From positions 28,706,001-28,770,000 of the forward strand of contig NC_073387.1 of the NCBI RefSeq assembly GCF_028641065.1: a DNA stretch of 64,000 nucleotides. The letters run 5' to 3'. Shown here piece by piece: positions 61,836 through 64,000 of this stretch. The stretch's first letter is position 1. Every line of letters begins with the position of its first letter. Source of the stretch: Leucoraja erinacea. Taxonomy: Eukaryota. The position numbers were made by a program, and so were the translations under genes. Under the pieces are notes generated by a model. It saw only the letters and a program-made list of their open reading frames with translations, had not been told where the DNA came from and made no database searches.

Positions 61836-63057
61836 ATTCATTACTCTGATCCATCTTGAAGATTTAATGAAAAGAAAAAAATGACAATAGCTTATTTCAC
61901 GTAGATATATTAACAATCACATTCTTGTTAAGATTGGAATTTTATGTAGTTATAATTTTACCAATAATTGTACAAATGTGCGAGACATATTTAAATGAAG
62001 AATGAGTCAATGTGATTTCATTGAGAGCAAATAATATTTAATAGAATTGGGATTGATAATGTTCACTTAGAATTCAGGATCATATTTCAATGTCTCACAT
62101 TATTTCCAAAGGGATGCCTTTGTCACTGGTCAGTGTGAGAATCACACAACCACATTAATTAGTCTCAATCCTTTTGAGCTTTCTGTTTGCAATGCTGATT
62201 GGGTCAATGCTCTGTAAATAGCAATGGAGGAACAGCTTTAAATAGCAATGAATAACCTCCCAGTGCCCCCATTGGCAACACTGCTCACAGCCTCCCATTT
62301 CTGGCCCAATCAGCAAGATTTTATCTTTAAATTCATGCAATTTTGACCAATAGTTCCAAAGTATAACATTTAAGACTAACACAGATTTAATCCATGACCA
62401 TTTACTGTGGTTTAAGATGGTGGTTAATAATCCATGACTATGCAGCCTTCAGAGAAGGTTGGCAGTCCTTAAAGGAGCACTTCCTATGACAGCCACACAA
62501 CAGCTGCACAAACTTAAAAAAGGGCAAATGCAGAAGAGAAGAAGACAGTTTCTACATTCCATCACATTACATGCAAATCATGGTCAGTCATACATAAGTC
62601 AGGTGGAATCTTCTGTGTACCAAGGAGAGTGTGGAGCTCTACAAGGCCAAGCTAGAGAAGACCCTGACAGGAGGTGGCTGCAGCAGTCTCCCCCTGGAGT
62701 GAGAATCCTTGCACAATGGAGTAACGTTTATAGAAATCTCATAACCCCATTAAAAATGACATTGATGATCTGTGCATAACTGTTTATTGAGACATAGAGC
62801 TCATAGCTCATGGCTCATACACGAGTACAGCACAGGAACAGGCCCTTCAGCCCACAATGTCTCTACCAGCATCCTACCTACTTAAAATAGTCCCTTCTGG
62901 CCTGACATTTCCCATATCCCTCCATTCTCTCACAGGAATCAAATGATACAGTTCAAACATATATTATAGCAAGCCATTAAAGTAGTTGGACCAGGGAGAC
63001 GTTAATTCACATGTTCTATTCTGTGCAGGTAAACCTGCAGTACAGGATGTGAACTAT

Positions 63058-63282
63058 CGGGTGGTGCCAGCAATGGCTGCCTTCCCAACAGTCTGTCTCA
63101 TCCATTCCTTCTTTGTTGTTTTTATAGTATGTGTTAAATGGATGTTTTAATGTTCTTTAGATTGTTTTATGTAGGGGGTGGAGGAGGAAACTTTTTTTAA
63201 ATCTCTGACCTCAACTGAGATGAGATTTTTATTCCGTATCGTATCTCCGTCAGCACTGTGGCCTAACATCAATGAGCTGGCA
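63058..63282 (+). mobile_element. Probable fragment of a dispersed repeat (unclassified)
   Basis: ggtgccagcaatggctgcc...ccgtatcgtatctccgtcagcactgtggcctaacatc; recognised only by resemblance. Confidence 0.35.
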
Positions 63283-64000
63283 TATAAATATTTAAAAGAT
63301 TGAAAAATGGAGGATTATAGGGAACGTGCAGAAGAGAAATTGAAACCAGCATAGATCAGCCATGATCATACAGAATGGTGGGGCAGGCTTGAGGGGTCTG
63401 ATGGTCTACTTCTACTTTTGTGTTCAGTTGACAACAATGTGCGGCATTGTGCAGGTAACAAAAAAGTCTGAACTTGGACTGATTGTGGGAATGAATTCTT
63501 ATCCCCAGCTATCTCCACCTATGATGTTTTCCACTCCGATCGTTATATAATAGGCAGATGCCTCTCCAATTCTAGCACGGCTACTCATTGGTAACACAAG
63601 CAATGGTGTAACTTAGTGCAGACTTAGAATGGAGTCAAAATAAGTCCTGGATAAACAAAATAATTTTAATTTTTCAACTATTAGCTGCTTGGTGTTTATT
63701 TTCCATAGGCCAAACATCTGTACACATGAAACAGATTAATAGTTAGAATTGAATATGCATCGAGCCATGCCGGTAATCAAAGCATAAATGGTTAAATTTG
63801 ACCAGTCTGTGTGGCTCACTTGTAATGGTTCCAATAAGGAAAGAAGAGGAAGATTTTGGTTTAAATAATATGTTGATAATATTGTTGAGACAATTTATTC
63901 ATGATGCAAGTAAGATATTTAATATACCAGTCAAATAACTGAAGAGATCTGCATGAAGGTACATGGTCAAAATCAAATTTAGACAAAAATCACCAAATAT

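Noticed and set aside
62130-62780. Possible conserved non-coding element and 106-aa ORF
   Set aside because: No recognisable motif or splice context; conservation cannot be judged without alignment

Overview
Vertebrate genomic DNA, apparently intronic or intergenic and dominated by transposable elements. The mix of CR1, Penelope, Rex1, V-SINE/HE1-like and DIRS repeats suggests a cartilaginous fish, probably a skate or ray; this is an inference and no search was run. No complete host gene is visible, only a few weak minus-strand exon candidates. Recognisable content: a young CR1 LINE (SGNH-esterase ORF1 plus APE ORF2), many CR1, Rex1, L1/Tx1 and Penelope fragments, a DIRS1 retrotransposon with intact terminal structure (24.2-28.8 kb), a decayed Gypsy LTR element inside a (TATTA)n tract, Harbinger-like MITEs, a non-autonomous Helitron and a 180-N gap. 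Most notable: (1) a GC-rich repeat module built from deleted pieces of a ZFP36/tristetraprolin-family gene (tandem CCCH fingers fused to the C-terminal CNOT1-binding motif), present at 5.3 kb and as scrambled copies inside a TA-flanked Tc1/mariner-type TIR element at 17.6-19.3 kb, which points to transposon capture of a host mRNA-decay gene; (2) ~150-bp retroposons whose 5' ends fold as minimal HDV-like ribozymes; (3) Penelope termini with minimal hammerhead cores. Coordinates of decayed fragments are approximate and family names come from recalled motifs, not alignments.
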